This document shows, one piece after another, positions 50,461 through 64,000 of a DNA stretch of 64,000 nt. Position 1 is the first letter of the stretch; each line of letters opens with the position of its first letter. The position numbers were made by a program, and so were the translations under genes. The notes beneath the pieces were generated by a model. The model was not told the DNA's origin, did not search any database, and saw nothing but the letters and a program-made list of their open reading frames with translations. The stretch lies in NCBI RefSeq assembly GCF_009914755.1, contig NC_060938.1, one strand, 5' to 3'. The DNA is from the human T2T-CHM13v2.0 reference genome, Homo sapiens.

Positions 50461-50719
50461 CATTCAGAACACTCCTGTAGCCGTGACACAGACCCACAGG
50501 CCCCCTGTCACTTCTGCAGGCTTTTCTGCAGGGAACGCTCACTGCTGTGCGTGTCCCCCGGGCACCGTGGCTGTGTCCCCTCTGGGCTCTCCATGCTCCT
50601 AGCCCGTTGTCCTGTGGAGCTCTATGTGGGCGTAGCCTCATCTGATCAGCTGGTTTGCTCAGGCAGCACGGGGGGCTCAGGAGCTGCATGCACAGGTGTG
50701 ACTTTGCACATGGGTGCCC

Positions 50720-51040
50720 AAACAGGTGCGTCCTCCCAGGTGTGCACCCACAGATGTGTCCTCACGGGCGTGTGCCTGCAGGTGCGTCCTCATGGGCGTG
50801 TGCCTGCAGGTGCGTCCTCATGGGAGTGTCCTCATGGGTGTGTGCCTGCAGGTGCGTCCTCAGGGGTGTGTCCTCATAGGAGTGTCCTCATGGGCGTGTG
50901 ACTGCAGGTGCATCCTCAGGGGTGTGTCCTCACGGGCATGAGCCTGCAGGTGCGTCCTCATGGGTGTGTCCTCACGGGCACGAGCCTGCAGGTGCGTCCT
51001 CACTGGCGTGTCCTCAGGGGCATGAGCCTGCAGGTGTGTG
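50720..51040. repeat. Compound minisatellite
   Basis: Alternating modules GTG(C/T)GTCCTCA(T/C)GGG and GTGTGCCTGCAG/GAGCCTGCAG. Confidence 0.88.
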
Positions 51041-52162
51041 CCAGCAGCAGGAGGGAGATGCTCTCCAGGCCCCTCCACAGGGTCCTCGCGGCACGGGTTT
51101 GGCCTCCGTGTGGACAGATGGGCTGGGCTTCTTTGGTGCTGGTCTTGCTGTATTTTGCTGAATCCCAGGCCTGTGCGGGCCTCTGGGCTGATTCCAGCTG
51201 AGACAGGCCTCCTGCTCAGTCCTCCCTGCGGAGCTGATGCAGGGTGGGCTGGCGAGGGTGCTCGTGGTGCTGGTTCGTGAGGACATGGCCTCAGTGCCTC
51301 CCAAGCTGAGCCCCTGCGGTGGCCCCAGGAGGCCTGGAGCATCGGGGTGTCAGCACCACCAGCCTGGACTTCCCTGGGCCTTCCAGGGTAAGCCTCTGGG
51401 CTCCGGAAGGTTCCGTGGCTCTCTGTCTGTGGAGCTGGTGAGAAGGCTGGAGGGCCAGATGGTTTCATCGCTGAGGGAAGCGCTGTACTCACCTGATGGC
51501 CGATCTTGGGGCACTCCCAGTGCCTGCTGCCTGTTGCTGTCCCTGAGCTCTGGTGAGCTCTGGTATTCCTGTCATTCCTGGAGCAACTCTGTCCTGTTTT
51601 TGAGCCTGCCTGGGCCCAGGAAGCCCCAACTGTGTTCTCTGTGTAGTCACTGCTGTTGGTTTTGGAGGGAAAGATGGGGGCCGCTGTGGGCAGGGCTGGT
51701 GGCTGGTGGTGGCCACGTGGCTCTGGGGGTGTAGCATCCAGGCTGGCTGCTGCCAGTGGGAAGGTGTCCTGGGGCTCCCGGCAGGGTCTGGGCAGTGCTG
51801 GAGCTGGGCTTTGCCTGGGAAGCTGCCGCCTGGCCCCCACAGCTTCCCCAAGAAGGGCCTGAGCCCTTGGGGGCAGCTGGCGTCTGTGAGGATCCGGGAT
51901 GGGGGCTGTCTGCTCCTGCTGGGAACGGCCCCTCCAGATGCATCTCCCTGTCCCTGACCCAGCCTGTCAGTCCATTTTGGTTGTAGCCACCCCTCCCTGA
52001 TGGTGTGGGGGCTTCGCTTCCTCTGTTTATTCCTCGCCTGAGGGAGCAGAGGTGAGGGGATGACACTGCCCCGCCTGAGCCCCGAGTCCCTGGGCCACGG
52101 GAGGTGGGACTGGGTCTGGCCTTTGGTGCCACAGGTGGCACTCTCTCTGTTGCTGTTTGCAG

Positions 52163-52230
52163 ACTACGTCTACTTTGAGAACTCCTCCAGCAACCCATAC
52201 CTGATCCGGAGAATCGAGGAGCTCAACAAG
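52163..52230 (+). CDS. MTA1: MTA1 exon 2 ([23 protein letters not shown])
   Basis: tttgcag|AC...AAG|gtactg; 68 nt; phase 1 to 0; BAH domain. Confidence 0.97.
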
Positions 52231-52618
52231 GTACTGGGGGGCCCTGGTGTTGCTGCAGGGGGGTAGTGGGTGGGGGCTATGCCAGCTCCTGCCCTGTGGG
52301 TGGCCAGTGTGGGTGGCCCCCTTTCGGGGCTGATCTTGGACTGGCCACTGCACAGGCCCTTCAGTGACTCCGTCCACTGTCACCTGCACCGTGGCTCCTC
52401 CTTGGAGATACTGAGTGAGGGGCCTGGTGGCCTCATGCAGGACCCAGCGCAGCTGCCCTGAGCTGCCTGCCCACTCTACACTTGGTCTGTGGGTGCTGGG
52501 TCCCCTGAAGATGCCAGTGTCCCCTGGGGAGCCCGAGCGGAATGGTGTGATTCTGAAACCAACCAAAGGCTGCAGAAAGCCATACTCGGTGCCCCTGCCC
52601 TGCCCGAACCCTGGCAGC

Positions 52619-52863
52619 CAGCCCTGCAGGGCTGTGAGCTCTGCCCCCACCCCTGAGGTGTCTGCGTGGCTGGAAGCTCCCTCCCTGGTCACTCAGGCAG
52701 CCCTGAAGGGCTGTGAGCTCTGCCCTCCACCCCTGAGGTGTCTGCATGGCTGGAAGCACCCTCCCTGGTCACTCAGGCAGCCCTGCAGGGCTGTGAGCTC
52801 TGCCCCCAACCCTGAGGTGTCTGCGTGGCTGGAAGCGCCCTCCCTGGTCACTCAGGCAGCCCT
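52619..52863. repeat. Tandem repeat, 79-80-bp unit x3
   Basis: CTCCCTGGTCACTCAGGCAGCCCT at 52681, 52761, 52840. Confidence 0.93.
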
Positions 52864-55083
52864 TGCTCCCACCTGGTTTGTGTCTGCCATGAGTCCTTGG
52901 CAGTTGCTTGCTGTTTGGTCGGGGGACGTGGTTGTGCCCATGCATTGAGCCTGGCAGCACCAGATCCTTCCTGGGGGGTGGTGACACATGGGCCCCTCAG
53001 CCCCAGCCACTCCTGGCCTCCACTGCCTCGGCACAGCCTCCGTCCCATCAGCTCGGGAGACAGAGCCGTAGATGGCCATGGAGGTGTAGGGCGCCCGCAC
53101 ACCCTGGGAGCCTTCTCGCTGTCCTCAGGGGTGGTGGGTGGGTCCCCCAGCGTCCCTTCTCCTCCTCCTGGTTGGAGACTTTCTAAGGGTGTTGAGGGAG
53201 GGCAGGTTGTCCCCACCAGTGGACACATGGTTCCAGCAGAGAGTGGGGTGGGGTGCTGGGTGCTTCACAGACCTCTCTGTGCCTGCCTGCAGGGCTCCTG
53301 AGCCCCTGATCCCCTGGAGCCAGTGGCCCGATGGCTGCCTTCTCCTAGGAGCCCTGCCCACTCGGCAGGCCTGGGGCACTCGGGCCCTTGGTGTTCCATC
53401 TGGATGCTGCAGGCTCACCTGGGAGAAGCTGCCTTCCTGGACCTCAGGCTTGGTGGCAGCGGTGACGTGGGGTTCTTGGGATCAGAGGGGGCAGCGGGGG
53501 GAAGGTTAGCGCGCCACCTCTGACGTAGCCATGCTGGGCTCCGGGCTTCCCTGGCTGCGCTTGTCGAGGGCCATTCCCTGCGGTATCTGCCACCACCTGG
53601 GGCCGAGGAGCATGGGGTGCGACATCTGCTCCCCCGCAGCTTCCTGGGAGGTCTGAGGGCCAGGCCTGTTTGTTGGAGGCACAGGCAATGACCTGGGTGT
53701 CTTCTGAGTCTGCCTCACTGCCCCTGCTGGGCAGGGCCTGCCCGCCTGCAGAGCAAGGCCACTTGGGTACTGCCGGAATGGGGCGCCACTCCTGTGGCTG
53801 AGCCTCCTGAGTGCGGGGCAGCACTTTACGCATCCCAGCATGTGGACTGTAGGGAAACAGGTGCAGAGGGAGGTTCCTCAGCTGACGCTGAACCATGGCT
53901 GGGGGAGGTCCTGTGTCCCTCCTGGTCTGTGTAGTGGAGGGGCGGCCGGCAGATGGCACTGCTGGCCCCACACAGCCAGCTGGCAGGCAACCCGGGGCGG
54001 GAGGCTGCAGTGCCTCCGTGGGCGCCTGGCCGAGTGCCACTGCTGGGAGGTGCCACTGTCAGGAAGGTTCCCTCGTGCTGCTTCCGGCTTCCATGTGCAG
54101 ACAGTAGATTGCAGGCGTGTGCAGGCAGGGGGCTGGCTTCCAGCCCTTGGGCGATGTTCAGTTACACATGTAGCATTGCACACGCTCAGAGGCGTCCCCT
54201 TCGTCCTAGGACTCCCTCCTCCTCAGGGCCAGGGCCACATGGCGTGGGCACTTGCCTGTCTCTGGGCGGGACACCAGCCTGTGAGGGGCACGACTACTCT
54301 CTTGGACTGTTCAGGCAGGGCAGCCGAGCCAGACGCTCACCATGTGGAAAAGAACCCGCAGGCCTGCGACAGAGTGCGGCCAGTGCCCTCCACGCCAAGG
54401 AGCTCCAGGCGGGGCTTCCAGGTGGGCGCAGCTGGTTGAGTACAGACCTCCCCTCTGTTCCCTGGACTGAACGCCCCCTCAAATAACAAGAAAGTGGTGC
54501 TGGGGCTCTGCACCCACAGGGCAAGGAAGGTGGGAGAGGCGGTGCCACTGGGAGGTATGGGCACAGCTTGGAAGGCAGCCAGGCAGACTGGGCAACCTGA
54601 GAGGCCCTGGCCCTGGCCTGGGTCAGGATGGGGAGAACAGGAACCATGGTGACATGTGGCTGGCAGCGCGGAAGGCCTGTCTGGGGGGTCAGGTGGTCCC
54701 ACAGAGCCCTTCCCTGGGCTGGAGCAGTGGACTCAGAGGACCCAGATTTGGGGCACCAGACCCAGGCCAGCACAGTTCGTGCGGGGGCTGGAAGTGGGGA
54801 TCGCCTGGCTCATGGCCTGTCCCCTGGTGGGCCCCCCCGCCCCTCTTGCCTCCTTGGCTCCCAGGACCCTAGCGGTCAGACTTCTAAAGCCCACAGACCC
54901 AGCTGCTGGCATCGGGGACCCAGCAGAATGCCCGCTACCCCAGCACCCATGGGTGCAGCCCATGCAGCGAGCTGCCCAGCACCGGGGAGGCTCCCAGGGA
55001 TGAAAAGCCGCAAGGCGTATGGGGCGGGGCGGGGGGGCTTTTAACAGGAAGGTCAGCCAGCACATGTAAAAATTGAACTCAGA

Positions 55084-55426
<343 letters not shown>

Positions 55427-56194
55427 CTAAAGCAAAACAAAGCCCGTGAATGTTCTCAGAGAAATGGATGGGATCCATCCTGGGATGTGGTCAGATGAGA
55501 GGAAAGCTCTTGACACTTGGGTTAGGAGAAGTAGCAAATGAAATGAAAGGATCAGGTGATAAAGTTGAGGATACCGCACAGAAGATGGGGCAAAAACACA
55601 AAGAAACTAGGAGAGAAAAAAATCAGACATCAGTCCATTGGTCCAACGTCCAGTTAATAGCAGAGAAGGAGCGAGCAAAGCAATAAAGAGGGGCCCCTTC
55701 AAGGTGTATTTAAAATTTTAGAACACGGGAGAAGAAATGTGTTTAGAGAAAAAGTGGGTCACACACGAAGCACCGGAGTCAAAACCCACTTTGCCTTTCG
55801 GCAGCCGCGTTCAGGTGTGGAGGCTCCACACCCAGCCAAGCTCCATCTCCCGGAAGGCAGATGAGTGAGGTTTCCTGACTGAGGCCTTGGAGTGCACTCC
55901 TCCGCGCCTTTCCAACACGAGGGAGGCGCAGGTTCCTCCCGCCCAGGAAGATGCGGCCCCTGGTGCAGGCAGCAAGCAGGGTGGACCCCAGCTCTGGGAG
56001 GGGCCTCGCAGGCACCCTGATATGAGCCCTTTCTCTTTGGGAGCTCTGCTGCCGAGCACTTTAGGGAAGAATCTGTGATGATTCCATGAAAAACTAGGCA
56101 AGTGGAGAAAAAAGACGATTGTTAACCTCAGGAAGCAAAGGTGTTCGAAGGAAGAGAAGAAAGAATGGCCTAGTGTGGCCTCACCGCCTTTACC

Positions 56195-56484
56195 TGTGTG
56201 TGCAGGAGCGTCTCAGAACAGACCCCGAGTGTGACTGAGTCCGCTGTGTGCAGGAACACAACACAACAGAACAGACCCCGAGTGTGACTGAGTCCGCTGT
56301 GTGCAGGAACACAGCAGAACACAACAGACCCCGAGTGTGACTGAGTCCGCTGTGTGCAGGAACACAACACAACAGAACAGACCCCGAGTGTGACTGAGTC
56401 CACTGTGTGCAGGAACACAGCACAACAGAACAGACCCCGAGTGTGACTGAGTCCGCTGTGTGCAGGAACACAGCAGAACAGACC
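56195..56484. repeat. Minisatellite, 53-bp unit x ~5.4
   Basis: GACCCCGAGTGTGACTGAGTCC at 56221, 56274, 56327, 56380, 56433. Confidence 0.95.
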
Positions 56485-56825
56485 TTGAGCGTCATGGAAT
56501 GCACACAGTGATCCTGGAGGGTGGGGTGCATGTGTGGCAATGGGAGGCCTGGCCTGAGGCGCTGAGCTGGTGGGAACCTGAATGCGGAAGAGCCTGGCCC
56601 CACGGTCCCAGCTGCCCGGGTGGTGTGGCTGCGGTCATGTGTTCTTGCAGGGTTCATGGCTCGCTGTGACATTGGATGGTCTGTGTGTGTCACTGTGATC
56701 AGATGTGGATGTAACCCCACTGTGGTGGAGCCTGTCAGGGACACAGGAGCCAACAAAGCGAGAACCCGGCGGCCAGGGTAGGGACAGCTCGACCTGCAGG
56801 AGGGTCAGGCCACGTTGGATCATGA

Positions 56826-58434
<1,609 letters not shown>

Positions 58435-59041
58435 TTATAAATAGTATTCCATTAGGCACTTGCACTGTGATTAGAATTACAGCACAATTCTTGCAGTAGC
58501 AAAGATGTTATAAAAACTCGTTCAGAAAACATACGTGCTTCTCTGGTGGCGTTTTACAGCCGTCTTGACTTGGAGACGTTTGTCAGCCAGGCCAGGTGGG
58601 AGGGCTGGTCCCATGCGGGGGGTCCAGGCTGCGTCCGCCGCTAGGGCCGTGGCTGCTGTGCAGGTCACCCCAGAGGGGCTGGGATAGCTGGGCGTGGCCT
58701 CCCAGGAGCTGACTGAGGTCCTACCCAGTGTGGCGGGGGCCTTTTCCTCCTTGGGACCCTGCTGTTCTCAGGTGGTACACTGGGGTCTGGAAGGGAGGGA
58801 GAATGGAGACACAGGTTGAGGTTGGGTGCACACGCCCGCCTTCTCCCCCGGGATAGACGCCACGGGCGTCCAGAGCTGCAGGATTTGCTCCATTTGTGAA
58901 GTGCCCTCCTGGAGTCCCGAGGGGTAGTGTGGTTACACCTGCAGTCCCTGGACGGCAGGGTCCGGCCTTGGAGCCCCTCCTGGGAGCTGTGCAGCCCGGG
59001 TTTGGTCGCGTTTCTCAGACGCCCCTGCCTTGCTGTTACAG

Positions 59042-59135
59042 ACGGCCAATGGGAACGTGGAGGCCAAAGTGGTGTGCTTCTACCGGAGGCGGGACATCTC
59101 CAGCACCCTCATCGCCCTGGCCGACAAGCACGCAA
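59042..59135 (+). CDS. MTA1: MTA1 exon 3 ([31 protein letters not shown])
   Basis: gttacag|ACG...GCAA|gtgagt; 94 nt; phase 0 to 1. Confidence 0.97.
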
Positions 59136-60773
59136 GTGAGTCCGGCCTTCCCTGGGGTGCCCGCCTGGCGGGAGGGTCGGCTGGGGAGGGCTGGCGGGGT
59201 CCTTCTTCCCTAGGGCCCATCGGCATCCTGGCCTCGTGGGGCCACCCTCTGCCCAACTCACTCTGGCGTCTCTTTTTCTCCCTTCCACAGTGGGCGGGGG
59301 TGTCCTGGCTCCGTTTCCTCGGGGGCTGGGTGAATGAAGTCCTCGCACGCCCCCCGGAGTGGTCTGTCTCTCACTGGCATCCTCTGCAAGCTTGTCATGG
59401 TGTGGCTGGGTGTGGGCATCATTGATCGAGGCTTCTTTTTCCCTTCTATGATGACTTCTGGAGACTTTCCAGGCTGGTGGGACCCTGCTGCCTGCACTTG
59501 CCAATGTCTCTCTCTTTTTAATTTTGCGGAGAGGCTTCTGTTGGGATTCTGAGTAGTGTTTTCAGGAAAGCAGTCCTCTCCTTATTCTTTACGATTCAAA
59601 CCCAAGTTTAGTAACCTGGCTGGGAGGGGCTGCTGTGGCCAGCACAGCGTGTGGGAGGAAGCCACTGGCTGCATGGGAATGCCCTCAGCCTTGGGGACCC
59701 AGCTTCTCCCCCGGGAACAGGTGCTCGCAGGTGGTGGAGTCTCCTGTGCCGGGGGATGTTGACTTCAGAGCCAGGAGCCAGAGGCACCCCCACGCCCTCC
59801 ACATGCTACTGACACAGGGCCTGCCGAGCTGGGCCCCACCTGCACCAGACACAGTGTGGTACCCCACTGAGGCCCTTCATGTGTCGGTGGGGGCAGGCAT
59901 GAGGGGCATTTTTGGCTTCCACTCTGACACATCACCTGGGGTGGGATCTGAGCCCAGGCTGAGGCTGTGGTCTGTAGGGTGACATTTCCCAGTAGGTGAG
60001 GCATGTGACTGCCCGGGTACCCGTGTCGCTGGGGTGGGCCAAGGTCCCACCTGTAACCTCCCACGACCCCTAATGGGGTGAGGTCCAGGGACTGTGGGTT
60101 TGCGGTGGGTCGGGTGGGAGGACCCTCGCATCTTCTGCCCCGTCCCAGCGCTGTGGGTGAGGGGCAGGAAGTCAGCCCAGGCAACCTCCCCCTGCTCTGG
60201 GAGGGGCTTAGGGACAGGACAGACCATCCTGCCACCGATGCCTTGTTCCTGAGCCTTTGCTGGGAGTCGGCCAGGGCAGGCGCTTGTGGAAGGAAGGTGT
60301 CCCTTAACCCCACTGCCTTGCCCACCGGACAGCTGGGACCTTTCCTCAGCAACCAGTGGATGCGGACGTGAGCTGCCCTGGGTCAGTGCAGCTGGGCCGG
60401 GCCCCCGAGCCTGGGTCCACTCTGGACACTGGGCTGTGGGGCCTGTGGCTGGCCCAAAGGGAGCTGCCAGTTGACCATGGGCTTTCTCTGGCTTTGTGAG
60501 GAACTGGACCTCCTAGCTCTCTGCTCAGAGGAGGGGAGCGTTCAAGGTGGGGCATGGTGATCCTTGACCTCTGACCCCAAAGCCTGTGTACTCCACTGCT
60601 GCACTCGGCGGGCTCCAGGCACCAAGGAGGAGAGCTGGGGATGTTGAAGGTCCACAGGCTACACATTCTGGAGGGGTGTTTGGTGTGGCCCTTGGCCCTG
60701 CAGGTGCTGGGTGCCAGTCAGCAGCACGGCTGGCGGTTCTTAGTGTTGGAGGCTGGCCTATGTCGACTCTGCA

Positions 60774-60866
60774 GGGCTGGCCCGCTGGAGAAGCAGTGGT
60801 GGGGAGTGGCCTGGCTCGCTGGAGAAGCAGTGGTGGGGAGCGGGCTGGCCCGCTGGAGAAGCAGTG
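60774..60866. repeat. Tandem repeat, 34-bp unit x ~2.7
   Basis: GGGCTGGCCCGCTGGAGAAGCAGTGGTGGGGAG. Confidence 0.88.
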
Positions 60867-62984
60867 CCCAGGCTGAGCGGCCGCAGTGTGGCCCTGCCAG
60901 TCTGTGTGGCCTGGGGAGTCAGGCGCCACCGTTGAGTTGGGCATGTTTATGGCTGGCCCAGGGTGGATCCTGTCTCTGTCCTCTGGCACCTGGGGGCACA
61001 GTGTCCCTGCTCCAGAGAGCCTGTATCAGTGGTTTAGTGGTTTTTGAGGGTACTGTGGCCCCCTTGGCTGAGGTTCTGCTCTCAGACGCCCCAGAGGATG
61101 GCCTTTTGCTGGAAGAGCCCCAGAAGGGGACTCCAGACATAACGTGATTAGAGGTATCAGAGGGCAGGTTTTCCAGAAGGGCCTCGTTGGGGCTGATAGG
61201 ACTGGGTGGAGAGCAGTGTCCCAGCTCGAGCACTGGCCCCCCCAGGTACACAGCACAGCCCCTTTGGACGGTGCTCCCTGGAAAGCTGCGTGGCGGCCCC
61301 TCTGCAGGGCGTTCCTATGAACTGAGAGCCCAGCTGCAGGGAGCAGGCGTCATGGGTGATGGGTCTGCCGCTGGTCCAGGGACTCAGAGCGCGGCCCCAC
61401 TCTTGCCTGGCGGCTGGGCCTTGCGGTGATTCTGCAGGGCCCACACCCCCCGGGGTTGTGTCAATCTCCGTTTCTCCTGCTTCTCTGTGAGCTCATGGCA
61501 GCCAGGGTGAGGCCCCCAGCTGATCCCAGGGACAGGTGTGAGGACACTCTGGGAGGCCTCTGGCTCTCCCACGTCACTGCCTCCACCCAGCCCCTGCTGG
61601 GGCGTCCAGCCCACAGTGCAGGCCTCAGGGTGGAGGGTAGACACCCGCCAGGCTGCACTGTGGCCCCTGTGGCAGAGAAGCCCTCCCCCCGGCAGGGCTG
61701 TGAGCATGAAGCCTTTCTCAGGACAGAATGACAGGGAGAGGGGAACGTCCCTCCTCAGAGGAGGGCGTGGGGGCCCTGGAGACCACAGCCAAGAGTGGGA
61801 GTGAGGGCACAGCCTGGGCCTCACGCTTAGGGGTGTATCCAGGGTCTGAGGGAGGGTTCAGAGTGTGAGGGGTGCAGGGTACACTAGCCAGCCCCACCTC
61901 CTGCCTGGGTGTTTCTGCCTGTTGAGGGTCTTCTGAGGAGCTGTAGGCCCACCTCGCCCGCATCTCCGACAGGCTGCACCACAGAGCCCTGTTCTGCTGA
62001 CCGGGACGCTGGTGAAATGGGAGTTTCGGAGCCGCTGTGGGCTCCTGTCCAGGCTGGGTCAGTGCTCGGATGGGGCCTGGCATAGGGCGGGCGTGAACAA
62101 AAGCCAGCCTCTGGTCTGGGGCTGGTGTGTGGGCCTCTGGGCCCTGGTGATGTCTGAGTTCAGGGTGCAGTTTGCTCGTGGGTCCCCAGAAGTGGGAGCG
62201 AGTGAGATGTGTTGGCCTGGGATGAGAGGACTGGGGCTGTCCTGGTCGGCCCTGCCCTGTTCTATGGACCGGGAGGAGGTGAGGCTCAGCCGCCAGACAC
62301 CCCAGGCTTTTGAGGCCCAGATAGGGCCGGCCCAGAACACAGGCCCAGCATGGCTGCTCCCAGCCTCAGTCTTAGCTGTTGGCGCCTGGGAGGGCCCAGA
62401 GGAGCCAGGACTTCCTGCAGGCACCACAAGGGGGCCGCAGAGAGCGAGCAGCCCGGCTGGCTGTGGTCCCATCTGGGGACCTCGGGCTCAGAGAGCCGGC
62501 AGGGCGCTGAGCGGGATGAGTGGCCCACTGGCGGCCGGTGCTGAGCGTGCGAGGGGCGGTGGGGAGCACCACTGCATGCCCCCATTTTGGGTGTTATAAG
62601 AACCCTACTTGGGTTCCTAGCACAGGGCAGGAATCCCCATGCTGCTGGCCGGTGCCCGGCCCCGGTCTCATCTGGACAGCCTGTTCTGGGAAGCCCCAGT
62701 GGAGTGGGGGCAGGGGTGGCCTCTGGACAGGGGCCCTCCACAGCCAGGCTTGTCTGGGCTCTTCCCAAAGAGGCTTGGCACTGGGTGGATGGGCAGCCAG
62801 AGTGGGGGGACGTCGAGGCCCAGATGATCTTCAACCGGGTGGTCTTCACGCCCCACCGGGAGGCCTGCGGCCCCCGTTCTGCCCTGCCCCCTGGCGGCAC
62901 AGCCCTCGGTCCGGGCCCTGGGCAGGGAGCAGGCCGCCACCCTGTGCTGACCGTGCTGCCGGGTGCTGTCTGTCTGTTATATAG

Positions 62985-63035
62985 CCCTGTCAGTCTGCTA
63001 TAAGGCCGGACCGGGGGCGGACAACGGCGAGGAAG
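62985..63035 (+). CDS. MTA1: MTA1 exon 4 (TLSVCYKAGPGADNGEE-G)
   Basis: ttatatag|CC...GAAG|gtaaga; 51 nt; phase 1 to 1. Confidence 0.93.
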
Positions 63036-63683
63036 GTAAGAGCCGGCCTCCGCAAGGAGGGCGTCCTCCTGTCTGTGTCCCTGGGCTGGGGGCGGCAGCG
63101 CCGCTGAGGGACAGAGTTTGGGCGGGCCGCCTGCATGCCTGTGCCCTGCGCCCGGCCGGCCCGGCTGAGGAGGGGCCCTCCCTTGTGTCCGGCCCACGGC
63201 CCAGGCTTGGTGCGGCCCCGGCCTGAGGGTGACCTGCTGGTGTGGGAGGTCTGTGGTGGGCTGTATGGGGCTGTCTGGCCACGAGATGGGGACGGACAGA
63301 GGGCGGCTGCCCCTCGCCCTCCTGGCCTGGGCTCTTGGCAGCCGCCGACTCCCCCGCTCCTCTTGCTCTTGCCTGCTGCTTCTGGGGCTGGCCCGGACCT
63401 TGTTCTCCCTCCTCCTTCCATCTTCATGCCCTGGGGAGTCTGGGCCTTTAGGGTGCCTGGACTTAAAGGGCACGTGGGCACCAGAGTGTCTGCAGGGGTA
63501 CCTGCCAAGGAGCCGCCGGGCCGCCATAGGGTGGGGCAGTGGGACAGTGTCCGGCAGCAGGAGGAGGCACGCCTCCCAGGACTGGGCCTCCTGCGTGCTG
63601 GCGCCAGGTGGGGCTGGTGGGGTGGGCCTTGGTCTGGCAGTGTGCGTCTGCCGCGGTGCTGACAGGGGCTCCTTGTCCTTCAG

Positions 63684-63810
63684 GGGAAATAGAAGAGGAA
63701 ATGGAGAATCCGGAAATGGTGGACCTGCCCGAGAAACTAAAGCACCAGCTGCGGCATCGGGAGCTGTTCCTCTCCCGGCAGCTGGAGTCTCTGCCCGCCA
63801 CGCACATCAG
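63684..63810 (+). CDS. MTA1: MTA1 exon 5 ([13 protein letters not shown]...LPATHI-R)
   Basis: ccttcag|GG...TCAG|gtagcc; 127 nt; phase 1 to 2. Confidence 0.97.
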
Positions 63811-63886
63811 GTAGCCCCCAGCAGCTCCCGCCCTGGGCCCCTCGGGCTGCCCTCGCCTTTCCAGCCTGCCCGTCCTTCTCTTCCAG

Positions 63887-63950
63887 GGGCAAGTGCAGCG
63901 TCACCCTGCTCAACGAGACCGAGTCGCTCAAGTCCTACCTGGAGCGGGAG
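63887..63950 (+). CDS. MTA1: MTA1 exon 6 (GKCSVTLLNETESLKSYLERE); gene continues beyond the window
   Basis: cttccag|G...GAG|gtgagg; 64 nt; phase 2 to 0. Confidence 0.96.
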
Positions 63951-64000
63951 GTGAGGCCCAGCCCGGCCTGGTCTGCCGCAGCCAGTCCCGGGCCACTGTT

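Noticed and set aside
56195-56484. CRISPR-like repeat/spacer pattern
   Set aside because: Human DNA, spacers are short permutations rather than unique sequences, no cas genes; it is a minisatellite
62286-63527. 413-aa antisense ORF over MTA1 exon 4
   Set aside because: GC-rich intron, no domain or supporting promoter signal; likely chance
63811-63886. 76-nt MTA1 intron as a mirtron
   Set aside because: 5' end is C-rich, not G-rich, so it cannot pair with the pyrimidine-rich 3' end

Overview
Human genomic DNA, recognised from the encoded peptides as the chr14q32.33 PACS2-TEX22-MTA1 cluster. All three genes are on the + strand. The window holds the last 6 coding exons and ~3.5 kb 3'UTR of PACS2, the complete TEX22 gene (3 coding exons, 150 aa), and coding exons 1-6 of MTA1 (BAH domain). 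I checked exon boundaries by GT/AG signals and phase continuity. The rest is GC-rich intron, four CpG islands, several minisatellites and dense nested repeats (Alu, L1, L2, ERV1/MaLR LTRs, Tigger, hAT). Nearly all long ORFs in the supplied track are GC-content or Alu artefacts. I see no new gene system. The most notable points are: (i) phase-compatible read-through routes between the three closely packed genes, including a second frame open through all TEX22 coding exons; (ii) a ~330-bp local inverted duplication spanning an L1/Alu junction in MTA1 intron 1; (iii) an orphan CpG island with a ZNF143/THAP11 motif next to a G-rich 23-mer minisatellite; (iv) the 51-nt symmetric MTA1 exon 4. Repeat names and boundaries are by eye and approximate.
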